Assembly: GCA_965237415.1 (NCBI GenBank)
Contig: CBDEFM010000001.1
Location: 224,001-288,000 of the forward strand
DNA from: Alphaproteobacteria bacterium
GTDB taxonomy: Bacteria > Pseudomonadota > Alphaproteobacteria > UBA828
Length of the DNA: 64,000 bases
Direction of reading: 5' to 3'
This document shows, in pieces, positions 9,215 through 19,082 of the stretch. Position 1 is the stretch's first letter, and each line of letters starts with the position of its first letter. The position numbers were made by a program, and so were the translations under genes. The notes below the pieces were generated by a model, which had not been told where the DNA came from, ran no database searches, and saw only the letters and a program-made list of their open reading frames with translations.

Positions 9215-11134
9215 CTAGCGCTCGCTGCGGTCGCCGAAGAGCATCGTGACGTTGACGCGCCGGTTCTCGTAGCCGGGGCGGAAATCCAGATCGTCGGTGT
9301 GGTGGAAGAGGTCTGAATCGAAGATCACCACGCGGTTCCGCCGATAGGGCACCGTCACCGGCTCGTCGCCCGCGTCTGCGAGAAACTTCGCCATGCGGGC
9401 GCTGTCGGCATTGTAGGTGCGGAACGCCCAGTCCGAGGGGGCATGCGTCTTATGAATCACGAGCCCGCCCGAGTCTGGATTCCGGTTCGCCTCATCGGGA
9501 GTCACCCAGAAGTTCACGTTGACCGCGGCGAAGTCGGCATGGGTGGCGATCCCCTGCAGTCTCGAATCGTACTTGTAGGCCCAGAGCTGCTCCAACCGAT
9601 GGGATCGGAAGATGCCGGGTAAGCACGAACGAAGCTCGTCCGCGATCTGCAGCGCGAGCGAAGTGGCGAAGCCATCCACCAGATAGGCACCGAGATAGCC
9701 GCGCTTCACCTGGTACCAGACCGTGGCGTCGAGGCAGAAGCGCCACAGCCGGTCCAGCGCGTCCTGGGTCAGAAAGTCGTCGACGACCACCAGATTGGGC
9801 GCGCTCTCCTGGTAGGCGGCCTCAATGGCCGAGGCGTCGAGGTCGGGATTGACGGCGGCGTCGGCCACAGCCGGGGCCTCGGGGAGGTGGAGCGGGCGGT
9901 TGTAGGCCGCCGCGATGCGCCGCCAGTCCGGGGCTTCCAGGGCGACCGGCTCCTCCGGCGGAGCGTCGGCGGGCAGTGCTGCGAGAATCTTCTCGTAAGC
10001 CTCGGCGACCCTTTCGAAAGAAGCGTCGATCCGGCCCTCACCGCAGAGCCAGCGGATCTGCTCGGCGTCGTGCTGCAGCTTGAACGGCGCAACGGGAACC
10101 GCCGGCCGCTCCTCCCGCCGCTGCGTCAGCACGTCGGGCGCGAGCGGCGAGCCGTGGCTCAGCGTTGCCGCGTCGCCGAAGCAGGCGAGCGCTGCGGGCG
10201 CGTCGCCGCGCGCCGCATGGACCATACCGAGATTGGCGCGGTAGGTCGCGCGATCCGGTTTCAGCGCCAGCGCGCGCTCCAGGCTTGCGATCGCTTCGTC
10301 CTCGCGTCCCAAGCGCTTGAGGGCGTTGCCGAGATTGGCGTGCGCCGCCGCGTGTTCGGGATCGAGGGCGATCGCCTGGCGATAGGCGGCCTCCGCCTCC
10401 TCCACACGGTAGAGGTCCTGCAGCACATTGCCGAGATTGGCGTGTGCCACTGCGTGCTGCGGGTCGAGTTCGATGGCGCGGCGGAGGCTCGCTTCCGCCT
10501 CCTCCAGCGCGCCGGATTCGCGGAGCGCGTTGCCGAGGTCGGATTGGGCGCTTGCGGAGCCCTCGTCCGCCGCAACCGCCTGCTTGAGGACTTCTACCGC
10601 CTCCTCGGCCCGGCCGAGGTCCAGCAGCGCGCGGCCAAGCTCAAAGAGCGCCGGCCCGTGATCGGGCCGGATCGAGAGCGCCTTGCGGAGCCACGCCACT
10701 GCGTCCGCCGGGCGGCCAGCGCCGCGCAGCGCGTGGCCGAGATTGTAGCGGACGTTGGCATTGCCGGAGTCGAGCGCAGCCGCGCGGCGATAGTGCGCCA
10801 CCGCCTCGTCGTGGCGGCCCAAGCCGTTCAGAGCATTGCCCAGATCGTTGAGGAAGCCCGCGTTGCGCGGCGCCCGTCGCGCGGCCTTGGTCAGCAGCGG
10901 GATCGCCGTCTCCAACCGGCCCGTCTGGGCATGGAGCACGCCGAAGAGGTGCAGCGCATCCGCGTGGCCGGGCCGCTGTTGCAGGACCCGCTCGTAGAGT
11001 GCCGCCGCCGCCGCCGCCCGGCCCGCCCGATGATGGCCGAGCGCAGCCCGAAGGGCATGGTCGACCGGGTCGATACTAACCGGCGCCGCGCCAGAAGCCC
11101 GTCCCTTCGCCCTGCGCCGCTCGCGTCGCGTCAT
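9215..11134 (-). CDS. Tetratricopeptide repeat protein with C-terminal 2OG-Fe(II) oxygenase-like domain
   Basis: About 9 TPR units (e.g. AHANLGNVL), then HAD...GGL...NRVVIFDSDLFHHT...RVNV (HxD...H...R pattern). Confidence 0.75.
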   Translation of the reverse strand: MTRRERRRAKGRASGAAPVSIDPVDHALRAALGHHRAGRAAAAAALYERVLQQRPGHADALHLFGVLHAQTGRLETAIPLLTKAARRAPRNAGFLNDLGNALNGLGRHDEAVAHYRRAAALDSGNANVRYNLGHALRGAGRPADAVAWLRKALSIRPDHGPALFELGRALLDLGRAEEAVEVLKQAVAADEGSASAQSDLGNALRESGALEEAEASLRRAIELDPQHAVAHANLGNVLQDLYRVEEAEAAYRQAIALDPEHAAAHANLGNALKRLGREDEAIASLERALALKPDRATYRANLGMVHAARGDAPAALACFGDAATLSHGSPLAPDVLTQRREERPAVPVAPFKLQHDAEQIRWLCGEGRIDASFERVAEAYEKILAALPADAPPEEPVALEAPDWRRIAAAYNRPLHLPEAPAVADAAVNPDLDASAIEAAYQESAPNLVVVDDFLTQDALDRLWRFCLDATVWYQVKRGYLGAYLVDGFATSLALQIADELRSCLPGIFRSHRLEQLWAYKYDSRLQGIATHADFAAVNVNFWVTPDEANRNPDSGGLVIHKTHAPSDWAFRTYNADSARMAKFLADAGDEPVTVPYRRNRVVIFDSDLFHHTDDLDFRPGYENRRVNVTMLFGDRSER

Positions 11135-11188
11135 CGCGTCCTCAAGGTGCCCTCACAGGGCTGGGTGTACCTGCGGCCGGGCGGCCAC

Positions 11189-12274
11189 TCACCCGCTCTG
11201 TGCAAGCAAGAGCCCGGAGGCGGCGTCGAAGAGCGCGATGCGGGTCGCGCGGAACGCGAGACCGACTCGGGCGCCGACGGTGACCGGCTCATGCACGTCG
11301 ATGCTCACCGCCACGTACTCGCGATTGACCAAGAGCTCGTCGGCGCCATCGAGCGCGACGAAGGCAATGATGACGCCGCCGTAGGATTCGGTGAACTCGA
11401 TCGTGCCGTCGATGATGCCCTCGCCGGGCGGTTGCAGCTTCACGTCCTCGGGCCGGATGCCGAGGACGACCGACGCGGAGCCCTCGGCATTGACGCCCTC
11501 GAGCACGCGGCCGGCGACGGCGACCGTGCCCTCGTTCAGGGTGCCGCTCAGGAAGTTGATGCCGGGGCTGCCGATGAAGTCGGCGACGAACATGTTCGCC
11601 GGGCGCTCATAGATCGCGACCGGATCGGCCACCTGCTGGACTTCGCCCTTATTGAGCACGGCCACGCGGTCGGAGAGGATCAGCGCCTCGGCCTGGTCGT
11701 GGGTTACGTAGATCGTCGTGACCTTGTACGCCTGATGCAGGCGCTTGAGCTCGGTCCGCATGTGCTCGCGCAGCTTGAGGTCGAGATTGGAGAGCGGCTC
11801 GTCCATCAGGTAGCAGGCGGGACTCCGCACCATGGCGCGGCCGAGAGCGACGCGCTGGCGCTCGCCGCCCGAGAGCTTCGCCGGCTTGCGCTCGAGCAGC
11901 GGCTCGATGTTGAGGAGCCTCGCCGTCTCCCGCGCCTTCTCGTTAGCCTCGGCCTTGGACATGCCCGCGACCGTCAGGCCGAGCGTCATGTTCTGCAGCG
12001 CGGTCATGTGGGGGTAGAGCGCGTAAGTCTGAAAGACCATCGCCACGTCCCGGTCGCCGGGATCGACGTGGGTGACGTCGCGCTCGCCGATGGCGATGGA
12101 GCCCTCGGTCGGCTCCTCCAGCCCGGCGATCAGGCGGAGCGTCGTGGTCTTGCCGCATCCAGACGGCCCGAGCAGGGTCAGGAACTCGCCCTTGGCGATG
12201 TCGAGGTCGATCCCCCTGACGGCCTCGGTGCCGTCGCGAAAGCGCTTAACCAGTCCCCTGAGCGTGACGTTCAT
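11189..12274 (-). CDS. CUT1 (MalK-like) ABC transporter ATP-binding protein
   Basis: GPSGCGKT, LSGGERQR, MDEPLSNLD, FIGSP. Confidence 0.9.
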   Translation of the reverse strand: MNVTLRGLVKRFRDGTEAVRGIDLDIAKGEFLTLLGPSGCGKTTTLRLIAGLEEPTEGSIAIGERDVTHVDPGDRDVAMVFQTYALYPHMTALQNMTLGLTVAGMSKAEANEKARETARLLNIEPLLERKPAKLSGGERQRVALGRAMVRSPACYLMDEPLSNLDLKLREHMRTELKRLHQAYKVTTIYVTHDQAEALILSDRVAVLNKGEVQQVADPVAIYERPANMFVADFIGSPGINFLSGTLNEGTVAVAGRVLEGVNAEGSASVVLGIRPEDVKLQPPGEGIIDGTIEFTESYGGVIIAFVALDGADELLVNREYVAVSIDVHEPVTVGARVGLAFRATRIALFDAASGLLLAQSG

Positions 12275-12281
12275 GGCGGCC

Positions 12282-13103
12282 CTATTTCACCGCGCCGAGC
12301 GCGAGGCCGCGCGCGATGTGTCGCTGGAGCAGGAACACGACGGCGATCATCGGCAGCAGCTGTATCACCGCGCCGGCGCTGAGCGAACCCCACAGCACGT
12401 TGTAGAGGTCGATGGTCTTTTGCAGCGCGACCGGCATCGTCGTCGCCTTGTCGTAGGTGAGGAACAGCGCATAGAGATATTCGTTCCAGCTGAAGACGAA
12501 GGTGAAGATGGCCGTGACCGCGATGCCGGGCGCGGCCATCGGCAGGATGAGCCGGAAGATGATCTGCAGCCAGCTCAGCCCGTCGAGCCGGGCTGCCTCC
12601 TCCACCTCCTTCGGCAAATCCAGCAGGAATCCGCGCAGAATCCAGACCGCGAACGGCAGACCGAAGGCGACATAGACGACGATCAGCACGATCTGCGTGT
12701 CGATCAGGCTAAACCAGTTGGCCATCTTGAAATAGGGCAGCACGACGACCACGCCCGGCATGAATCGCAATGACAATATGACAAGGGCCCAGGTATCGCC
12801 CCCCATGAGCCCCATTCGCGCAACGGCGTAGGCCGCAGGCAGCGCGAGAATCATCACAATCAGCGTCGAGACACCGACCGTGATCAGGCTGTTCGCGATC
12901 GCACGGTCGAAGCGGAAGCGGTCGAAGATCTCGACATAGTGCTCGCCGGTGGGCTCGAATGTATAGAAGGTGGGCGTCTCGGCATTGATCACATTTGTGG
13001 GCTTGACCGAGGTGAGCGCCACCCACACCACCGGGATCAGCCACACGATGACGACGACGACTGCGAGCACATTGATCGCGCGCATGTAGATCGTCGACGT
13101 CAT
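12282..13103 (-). CDS. Carbohydrate ABC transporter permease (MalG-like)
   Basis: EEAARLDG loop, SWNEY, GLALGAVK terminus. Confidence 0.9.
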   Translation of the reverse strand: MTSTIYMRAINVLAVVVVIVWLIPVVWVALTSVKPTNVINAETPTFYTFEPTGEHYVEIFDRFRFDRAIANSLITVGVSTLIVMILALPAAYAVARMGLMGGDTWALVILSLRFMPGVVVVLPYFKMANWFSLIDTQIVLIVVYVAFGLPFAVWILRGFLLDLPKEVEEAARLDGLSWLQIIFRLILPMAAPGIAVTAIFTFVFSWNEYLYALFLTYDKATTMPVALQKTIDLYNVLWGSLSAGAVIQLLPMIAVVFLLQRHIARGLALGAVK

Positions 13104-14065
13104 GGCTGGTCGGCGGCGCGCGCCGCCTTCTCCGTTCGGTAGAGCGTATTGAGGAACAAGACGACGACTAGGTTGATCAGAATCAGGATGACGAACCCGT
13201 AGGCCGCCATCAGGCCGAGATGGCCCTGCTCGAAGATGGTGTAGTCATAGACGCTGGCGAGCAGCGTCGACGATCCCGGCCCGCCCCTTGTCATGATGAA
13301 GTTGAGATCGAAGATACGGATCGCATCCACCAGCCGGATCAGGATCACCACCATGATGACCGGGCGGATCAGCGGGATCACGATGCGCGTGTAGAAGGTG
13401 ACGCCGCGCACCCGGTCGAGCTTAGCCGCCTCCGTGATCTCCGGCGAGATGCTCTGCATCCCTGCGAGCAGGATCAGCGCGATGAAGGGCGTCCACTGCC
13501 AGCAGTCGACGAGCATCAGCGTGGCGAGCGCGGTGTCCTTGTGCGAGATCCAGGTCCATTTCTCGAGGCCGAAGCCGGTGTTGAGGATCCAATTGGCAAG
13601 GCCCGAGACCGGCTCGAAGATAAAGCGCCAAGTGAGCCCCATGGCGATCGGCGAGATGAACACCGGAATGATGATGAGCGTGCGCAGCAGACCGGCACCC
13701 TGCATCTTGCGATCGAGCAGCACGGCGAGGAAGAAGCCGAGCACCATCTGGATGGAGACGACGATAACGGCCCACATCACGGTGAGCCGGATGCTGTTCC
13801 AGAAGCGATGGTCCTCGAACAGGTCGTCGTAGTTGCGCCAGCCGACGAAGCGCGCCACGTCCGGGTTGTAGAGCGGGTCGACCTTGAACGAGAGCGTACC
13901 CGAGAAGGCCAGCGGGAAGATTGCGAGCGCCAGCAGGACCAGCACGCAGGGCGCGAGCAACATGTAAGCGGTGCGCCGCTGCTGGCGCGCCACCGCACCC
14001 GGCCGCAGCGGCCGGGACGGCCCGGCCGCACGCGGCGGCCGGGCCTCAAGGCTGGCTACAGTCAC
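13100..14065 (-). CDS. Carbohydrate ABC transporter permease (MalF-like)
   Basis: WQWTPF, EAAKLD, TRGGPG. Confidence 0.9.
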   Translation of the reverse strand: MTVASLEARPPRAAGPSRPLRPGAVARQQRRTAYMLLAPCVLVLLALAIFPLAFSGTLSFKVDPLYNPDVARFVGWRNYDDLFEDHRFWNSIRLTVMWAVIVVSIQMVLGFFLAVLLDRKMQGAGLLRTLIIIPVFISPIAMGLTWRFIFEPVSGLANWILNTGFGLEKWTWISHKDTALATLMLVDCWQWTPFIALILLAGMQSISPEITEAAKLDRVRGVTFYTRIVIPLIRPVIMVVILIRLVDAIRIFDLNFIMTRGGPGSSTLLASVYDYTIFEQGHLGLMAAYGFVILILINLVVVLFLNTLYRTEKAARAADQP

Positions 14066-14100
14066 GCCCGAGGTTCCGGGAAGACCCCGGCCTCACGCAC

Positions 14101-15528
14101 TCAGGCGTAGTAGCCGCTGTCCTCCATGATGCGATGGACCCGCTTGCTATTGGCCTTCATCGCATCCTCGATGCTTTGCTCCTCGTTGACCGCGTCGGCC
14201 ACCTCCTCGCCCATGGCACCCATGATGGCGTAGGCCTCCGGCACCGTCGGCGTGTTGACCACCGAAACCGGATAGGCCTTCATCAGGCCGACGAAGAAGG
14301 GCTTGCGGTCCGACCAGCGCTTGAGCGTCGAGACCCGCGAGAGCTGGCCGCCGGCACCCACGATCGCATCCGCGATGAGGGGGCTGCCGTCCAGATCCTC
14401 CCGATCGCCTGAGTTGAGGAACTTGATCCAGGCGAAGGCGGTCTCCCGATTGCCGCCGAAGGTCGGCATGAACTGGCCGAAGCCGCCGGCGAGCGCGCGG
14501 TGAGCGCCGTTGGGTCCGGTGCCTCGCGGCGAGAGATCCATGTGCCAATGCTCGTGCAGGTCGGTGTAAGACGCGTCGTTGAGCACCGCCGTGCCCCAGG
14601 TGAGCGGGCTGTAGAGCGCGGTGCCGGCGGCGAACACCTGGTTGACCTCGTCCTCGCCGGCGTTGGCGGCGACCGGGTGCGCGTATTTCTGGAGCTCGAC
14701 CAGCACCTTCAGGGCTTGATAGGCCTCCTCGCTCTCCAGCGTCACCGTATAGTCCTTGTTCTCCTCGTCGGCGAAGACGGCACCGCCCATGCCGCGCAGT
14801 GCGCCAAAGTACTGGTAGCCAGCCCAGAAGCTGCGCTGCATCGCCGCGCAATAGGCGTAGCGCTCGTTGTCCGGGTCGTGGATCTCCTTGCAGGCGTCGA
14901 TCACCTGGTCCCAGGTCTCGGGCACAGGCACGCCGTACTTCTCGAAGACGTCCTTGCGGTAGAAAGTCATCATCGCGTTGCCGTCGGGCGCGAGGGCCGC
15001 GACGTAGCCTGGCGGGGCCGGCCCCTTGGGCAGGTTCCACATGTGTCGGTAGTTCTCCGGCACATCCTGCTCATAGTCCGCGTACCAGTCCGGGAAGGGC
15101 TCGATATAGGGCCCGAGGTCGGTGAGCGCGCCCATCGCGTCCAGCGCCGCAAACTGGGCGTGGTCCTGGGTGATGATGTCGAAGGCGTCGCTCTTGGACC
15201 GCATGTAGGTGTTGATCTGGGTCAGCGCCTCGCTCATCGGCTTCGAGACGACCTCGAGCGTCACGTTCGGAAACACCTTGTCGAAGAGCGGCTTGACCGC
15301 CCGCAAGGAATTCGCGAGCCGTTTGCCGGACGAGGCGAAGTGGACGATGGTCCCGCCCACGTCGGCATGCACCTCGCGCGGCACGAACTGCGACGCAAGT
15401 GTCGCGCCGAGCGCCGTCGCGGCCGAGGCCTTCAGCACCTGACGGCGGGTGAGCTCCCGCCCCCGGAAGTGCCTGATGCGTTTTATCGCATTGTCGTAGG
15501 CTCGGATGTCACTGTCTGATTTTCGCAT
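14101..15528 (-). CDS. CUT1 ABC substrate-binding protein with Tat signal
   Basis: TRRQVLK twin-arginine motif; FYRKDVF, PETWD; RBS AGGGAGG before ATG 15528. Confidence 0.85.
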   Translation of the reverse strand: MRKSDSDIRAYDNAIKRIRHFRGRELTRRQVLKASAATALGATLASQFVPREVHADVGGTIVHFASSGKRLANSLRAVKPLFDKVFPNVTLEVVSKPMSEALTQINTYMRSKSDAFDIITQDHAQFAALDAMGALTDLGPYIEPFPDWYADYEQDVPENYRHMWNLPKGPAPPGYVAALAPDGNAMMTFYRKDVFEKYGVPVPETWDQVIDACKEIHDPDNERYAYCAAMQRSFWAGYQYFGALRGMGGAVFADEENKDYTVTLESEEAYQALKVLVELQKYAHPVAANAGEDEVNQVFAAGTALYSPLTWGTAVLNDASYTDLHEHWHMDLSPRGTGPNGAHRALAGGFGQFMPTFGGNRETAFAWIKFLNSGDREDLDGSPLIADAIVGAGGQLSRVSTLKRWSDRKPFFVGLMKAYPVSVVNTPTVPEAYAIMGAMGEEVADAVNEEQSIEDAMKANSKRVHRIMEDSGYYA

Positions 15529-15717
15529 ATGTGCCTCCCTTGAGTTTGGCTGCGCCGGACAGATCGGAAAGTTCCAACCTGAAAAAACGCTACGGTTGCC
15601 GGCGGAACCTGTCAAGAAAGCAGCTGGCCGGATTCGGCCGGGGCTGCCTGTCCTTTGAGCACGCCCCGCGTGTAGACTGCGCCGCAGCGCGCACCTTCAC
15701 GATCCGGGAGCGGAGCC

Positions 15718-16341
15718 TTGTTCAACCTGTCCAAAATCATAACGCGATGGTTCCCCGCCGTTTTGGCGCTCGCCGTCGCGGCGGGGACCATGATGACCGA
15801 TCAGACCGAAAGCCACGCCGACGAAGGCGGAAGCCCGCTCGTCACGTTCGAGACCACGCACGGCTCGTTCGCAGTCGCGCTCGAGCTCGAGACCGCGCCC
15901 GAGACGGTTGCGAACTTCGTCCAGTATGTCCGGGACGGCTATTACGACGGGACGATTTTCCACCGGGTGATCGCAGGCTTCATGATCCAGGGCGGCGGCT
16001 ACACGCAGCGCTACGAGCAGATGCCGACGCGCGCGCCGATCCAGAACGAGGCCCCGAATGCCCCCGGCAACGATCGGGGAACGATCGCCATGGCGCGCAC
16101 GGCCGACCCCCACTCCGCCACCGCGCAGTTCTTCATCAACGTCGTCGACAACGACTTCCTCAACCATCGCGGCAAGAACCCGCAAGGATGGGGCTATGCC
16201 GCGTTCGGCCGGGTGGTCGACGGCATGGAGACGGTGGACCGCATCGCTGCTCTGCAAACCGGCCCCGGCGGCCCCTTCCCGAGCGACGTGCCGCAAGAGG
16301 CCGTGGTCATCGAAAAGGCGACGGTCAGCGGCGGATCCTAG
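15718..16341 (+). CDS. ppiA: Cyclophilin-type peptidyl-prolyl cis-trans isomerase (exported)
   Basis: FHRVIAGFMIQGGG, IAMART, SATAQFFIN, GYAAFGRV. Confidence 0.9.
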   Translation: MFNLSKIITRWFPAVLALAVAAGTMMTDQTESHADEGGSPLVTFETTHGSFAVALELETAPETVANFVQYVRDGYYDGTIFHRVIAGFMIQGGGYTQRYEQMPTRAPIQNEAPNAPGNDRGTIAMARTADPHSATAQFFINVVDNDFLNHRGKNPQGWGYAAFGRVVDGMETVDRIAALQTGPGGPFPSDVPQEAVVIEKATVSGGS

Positions 16342-16365
16342 CCCCCACGCTCTGAACCTTCGCTA

Positions 16366-17982
16366 ATGGTCCGGGCGATGCGGTCGGACCATCAGGCGGA
16401 CTATATCGTCGTCGGCGCGGGCTCCAGCGGCAGCGTGGTCGCCGCACGGCTCTCGGAGGACGGGCGCAACCGGGTGCTGCTGCTGGAGGCCGGCGGCTCG
16501 GACCGCCGCATGGTCATCCTGATGCCGGCGGGCACCATGCTCTACGGCATCACCAATCCGCGCTACGACTGGCGCTTCATGGCCCAGCCGGATCCCACCC
16601 GCGGCGGGCGCGAGGATTACATGCCGCGCGGCAAGGTGCTGGGCGGCACCAGCTCGATCAACGCCACCTCCTACGTGCGGGGTGCGCCCGAGGACTACAA
16701 CGGCTGGGCGGCGCTCGGCTGCCGCGGCTGGGACTTCGAGAACGTCCTCCCCTATTTCCGCCGCCTGGAAGACTTCGAGGGCGGCGCTGACCAATACCGG
16801 GGCGCGGGAGGGCCGCTCTCCGTCTCCCACATCCGCTCGCTGCATCCGCTTTCCCGCGTCCTGGTCGAGACCTGCGTCAAGGCGGGCATGACCTTCCGCG
16901 AGGACATCAACGCACCGCCGCAGATGGGCGTGGGCTACGTCCAGGCCACCCAGCGCCGGGGCTGGCGGCACAGCGCGTCACGGGCGTATCTCTGGCCGGC
17001 CAAGGGCCGCGACAACCTGCGTATCGTGACCCACGCCCAGGCTCTGGGCTTGGTGTTCGAGGGCACGCGCGCCGTCGGCGTGGACTACCTCCGGCGTGGC
17101 AAACGCAGGCAGGCAACCGCCGCCAAGGCAGTCGTCCTCTGCGCCGGCACCTTCGGCTCGCCGCAGCTCCTGATGCTGTCTGGCGTCGGGCCTGAAGCCC
17201 ACCTCCGCGAGCACGGCATCGAGGTCCGCCATGACCTGCCCGGCGTGGGCGAGAACATGCAGGATCATGCCGGGATCAGCCAGACCATGTGGGTCAACCG
17301 CAAGACCTACAATGTCCAGACCGGGCTGCTGAGCGCGCTCTTTTACGGTGCCCAGTGGCTGCTGGCCGGCACCGGCCCGGCCTCCACGCCGATCGCCCAG
17401 GTCTGCGGCTTCCGGCGCTGCGATCCGAGCAAGTCGCGCAGCCACGTGCAGTACCTGTTCTCGCCGGCGGGCTACGACCTCACCGCCGACGGGCCGGAGG
17501 TCTTCGACAGGCCTGCGATCACCGGCCTCACCAACCTGCACCGGCCCTACTCGGCCGGCACCGTGCGCCTTGCGTCGGCCGACCCCCTCGCCCAGCCCGC
17601 GATCCAGCCGAACCTGTTTGCCGATGAGCGCGATATCGAGACCCTGGCGCTCGGCGCACGCTTCTTCCGCACCGTCCTGGCCAGCGAGCCCATCTCGCGC
17701 TACATCGTCGGCGAGTACCTGCCCGGCGCGGGCGTGCAGAGCGACGACGAGTGGCGCGAGTACATCCGCGCCAACGCCATCGGCGTCTATCACCCCGCCG
17801 GCACCTGCAAGATGGGGAACGACCCCATGGCGGTGGTCGACGACGGCCTCAAGGTGCACGGGCTTGACGGCCTCTATGTGGCCGACGCCTCGATCATGCC
17901 GACCGTCGTCAGCGCCAACCTCAACGCCACCTGCATCATGATCGGCGAGCGCGCGGCGGAGATGATCCGCGCCGCCGCCTGA
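16366..17982 (+). CDS. GMC family oxidoreductase (choline dehydrogenase-like)
   Basis: GAGSSG, RGKVLGGTSSIN, GENMQDH, YHPAGTCKMG, NLNA. Confidence 0.9.
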   Translation: MVRAMRSDHQADYIVVGAGSSGSVVAARLSEDGRNRVLLLEAGGSDRRMVILMPAGTMLYGITNPRYDWRFMAQPDPTRGGREDYMPRGKVLGGTSSINATSYVRGAPEDYNGWAALGCRGWDFENVLPYFRRLEDFEGGADQYRGAGGPLSVSHIRSLHPLSRVLVETCVKAGMTFREDINAPPQMGVGYVQATQRRGWRHSASRAYLWPAKGRDNLRIVTHAQALGLVFEGTRAVGVDYLRRGKRRQATAAKAVVLCAGTFGSPQLLMLSGVGPEAHLREHGIEVRHDLPGVGENMQDHAGISQTMWVNRKTYNVQTGLLSALFYGAQWLLAGTGPASTPIAQVCGFRRCDPSKSRSHVQYLFSPAGYDLTADGPEVFDRPAITGLTNLHRPYSAGTVRLASADPLAQPAIQPNLFADERDIETLALGARFFRTVLASEPISRYIVGEYLPGAGVQSDDEWREYIRANAIGVYHPAGTCKMGNDPMAVVDDGLKVHGLDGLYVADASIMPTVVSANLNATCIMIGERAAEMIRAAA

Positions 17983-18021
17983 ACGGTGTCGCAGACACCA
18001 TCCACCACGGGAGACCCCGCA

Positions 18022-18330
18022 ATGCCCTACACCGTCGCCGCAGCCCTCAGGATCAAGACGAAGCACGTCGCCGAGTTCACCCGGCTGGTGAAGCGCCACG
18101 CCGCCAACTCGATCTCCAGGGAACCGGGCTGCATCGCCTTCGAGGTGAGCGTCGACCGCGACGATCCGCAGCGCTTCATCTTCTACGAGATCTATCTCAC
18201 CGAAGCCGACTTCGACGCCCACACCCAGACCCCCTGGTTCAAGCGCCAGACGGAGCGGACGGCCCACATGGTCGACGGCGAGTTCGAGATGTTCGCCCTC
18301 GGCCACCGCATCGCCGCGCCCAACAAGTAG
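18022..18330 (+). CDS. Antibiotic-biosynthesis-monooxygenase (ABM/LsrG-like) domain protein
   Basis: EPGCIAFEV, FYEIY, AHTQTPWF. Confidence 0.75.
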   Translation: MPYTVAAALRIKTKHVAEFTRLVKRHAANSISREPGCIAFEVSVDRDDPQRFIFYEIYLTEADFDAHTQTPWFKRQTERTAHMVDGEFEMFALGHRIAAPNK

Positions 18331-18368
18331 CGCTTCAGGGCCGCAGCCGCTTTATCCCACCTCTCCCT

Positions 18369-18400
18369 GTCCCTCTCCCCCTGAAGGGCGGAGAGGGGAC
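18369..18400. repeat. Intergenic palindromic element (gtccctctcc...ggagaggggac)
   Basis: Imperfect hairpin resembling CCCTCTCCC...GGGAGAGGG alphaproteobacterial intergenic repeats; may also act as a terminator. Confidence 0.55.
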
Positions 18401-18844
18401 GAAGACGGAGTAGCGACCAAAAAATTAGGTGAAATGGACCGAGAAATAACCTGAAACGCCAGGACTCGAGGTCAAATCAGCCGGGAAATGGGCGGCTGCG
18501 CCGGGCTGGAAAGGGCGATGCACGGGCCGGCAGGGGCAGTGCAGCGGACATGCTCCGGGTAGGCCAAGGTGCTACCGAGGGCCGCTGCCAGTCATGCCTT
18601 GATGATGTAGCACGCGGTGCGCTAGGGCGGCATATTGCGCGGGGCACTCCTCCAACCGCGGTTCGCGCCCCTTGGGTGCTTCCGATCGCCACCGAGGAAT
18701 CGACGCCGCCCACGCCGGTGAGATTGTTCCGAGCAGCATCCGTTTCTGTTGTTGCGTTTGCCGCTGAGGATATAGCCATACGGACGCATCTCGGCGATTG
18801 TCAACGCGTGCGTCGCAGCGCCGCCGCTGGCGGTGATCCTTTAG

Positions 18845-18970
18845 CAGGTAACGAAGCGAACAACGCTGCGGGTCGGCGACCGGGTGGAGGTGCGCGTCGA
18901 CGAGGCCAACGTTCAGGTGATGGACATGGAGACTGGCAGAAACGTTGCCGCATCGCTCGACGGTGAATAG
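18845..18970 (+). pseudogene. Remnant C-terminus (TOBE domain) of an ABC ATPase
   Basis: Manual translation QVTKRTTLRVGDRVEVRVDEANVQVMDMETGRNVAASLDGE*; no start codon, in-frame TAG at 18842. Confidence 0.55.
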
Positions 18971-19082
18971 GGCGAGAGACGCGGCTTTATGAGCTTGAGT
19001 GGGGCATCCGCTGTGCGTTGGCAGACAGTCCTCCAGGCGCTCTCGCTGAATGTTGGACTCTGACACAGGGGAGGTTGAATTC

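Noticed and set aside
9887-12382. Long 831-aa + strand ORF, and similar long antisense ORFs (18987-21155, 37143-38750, 51839-53746)
   Set aside because: Antisense shadows of well-supported genes in GC-rich DNA; no motifs of their own
18411-18840. Possible IS end or island boundary after the ABM gene
   Set aside because: No partner inverted repeat, tRNA or att duplication found in the window
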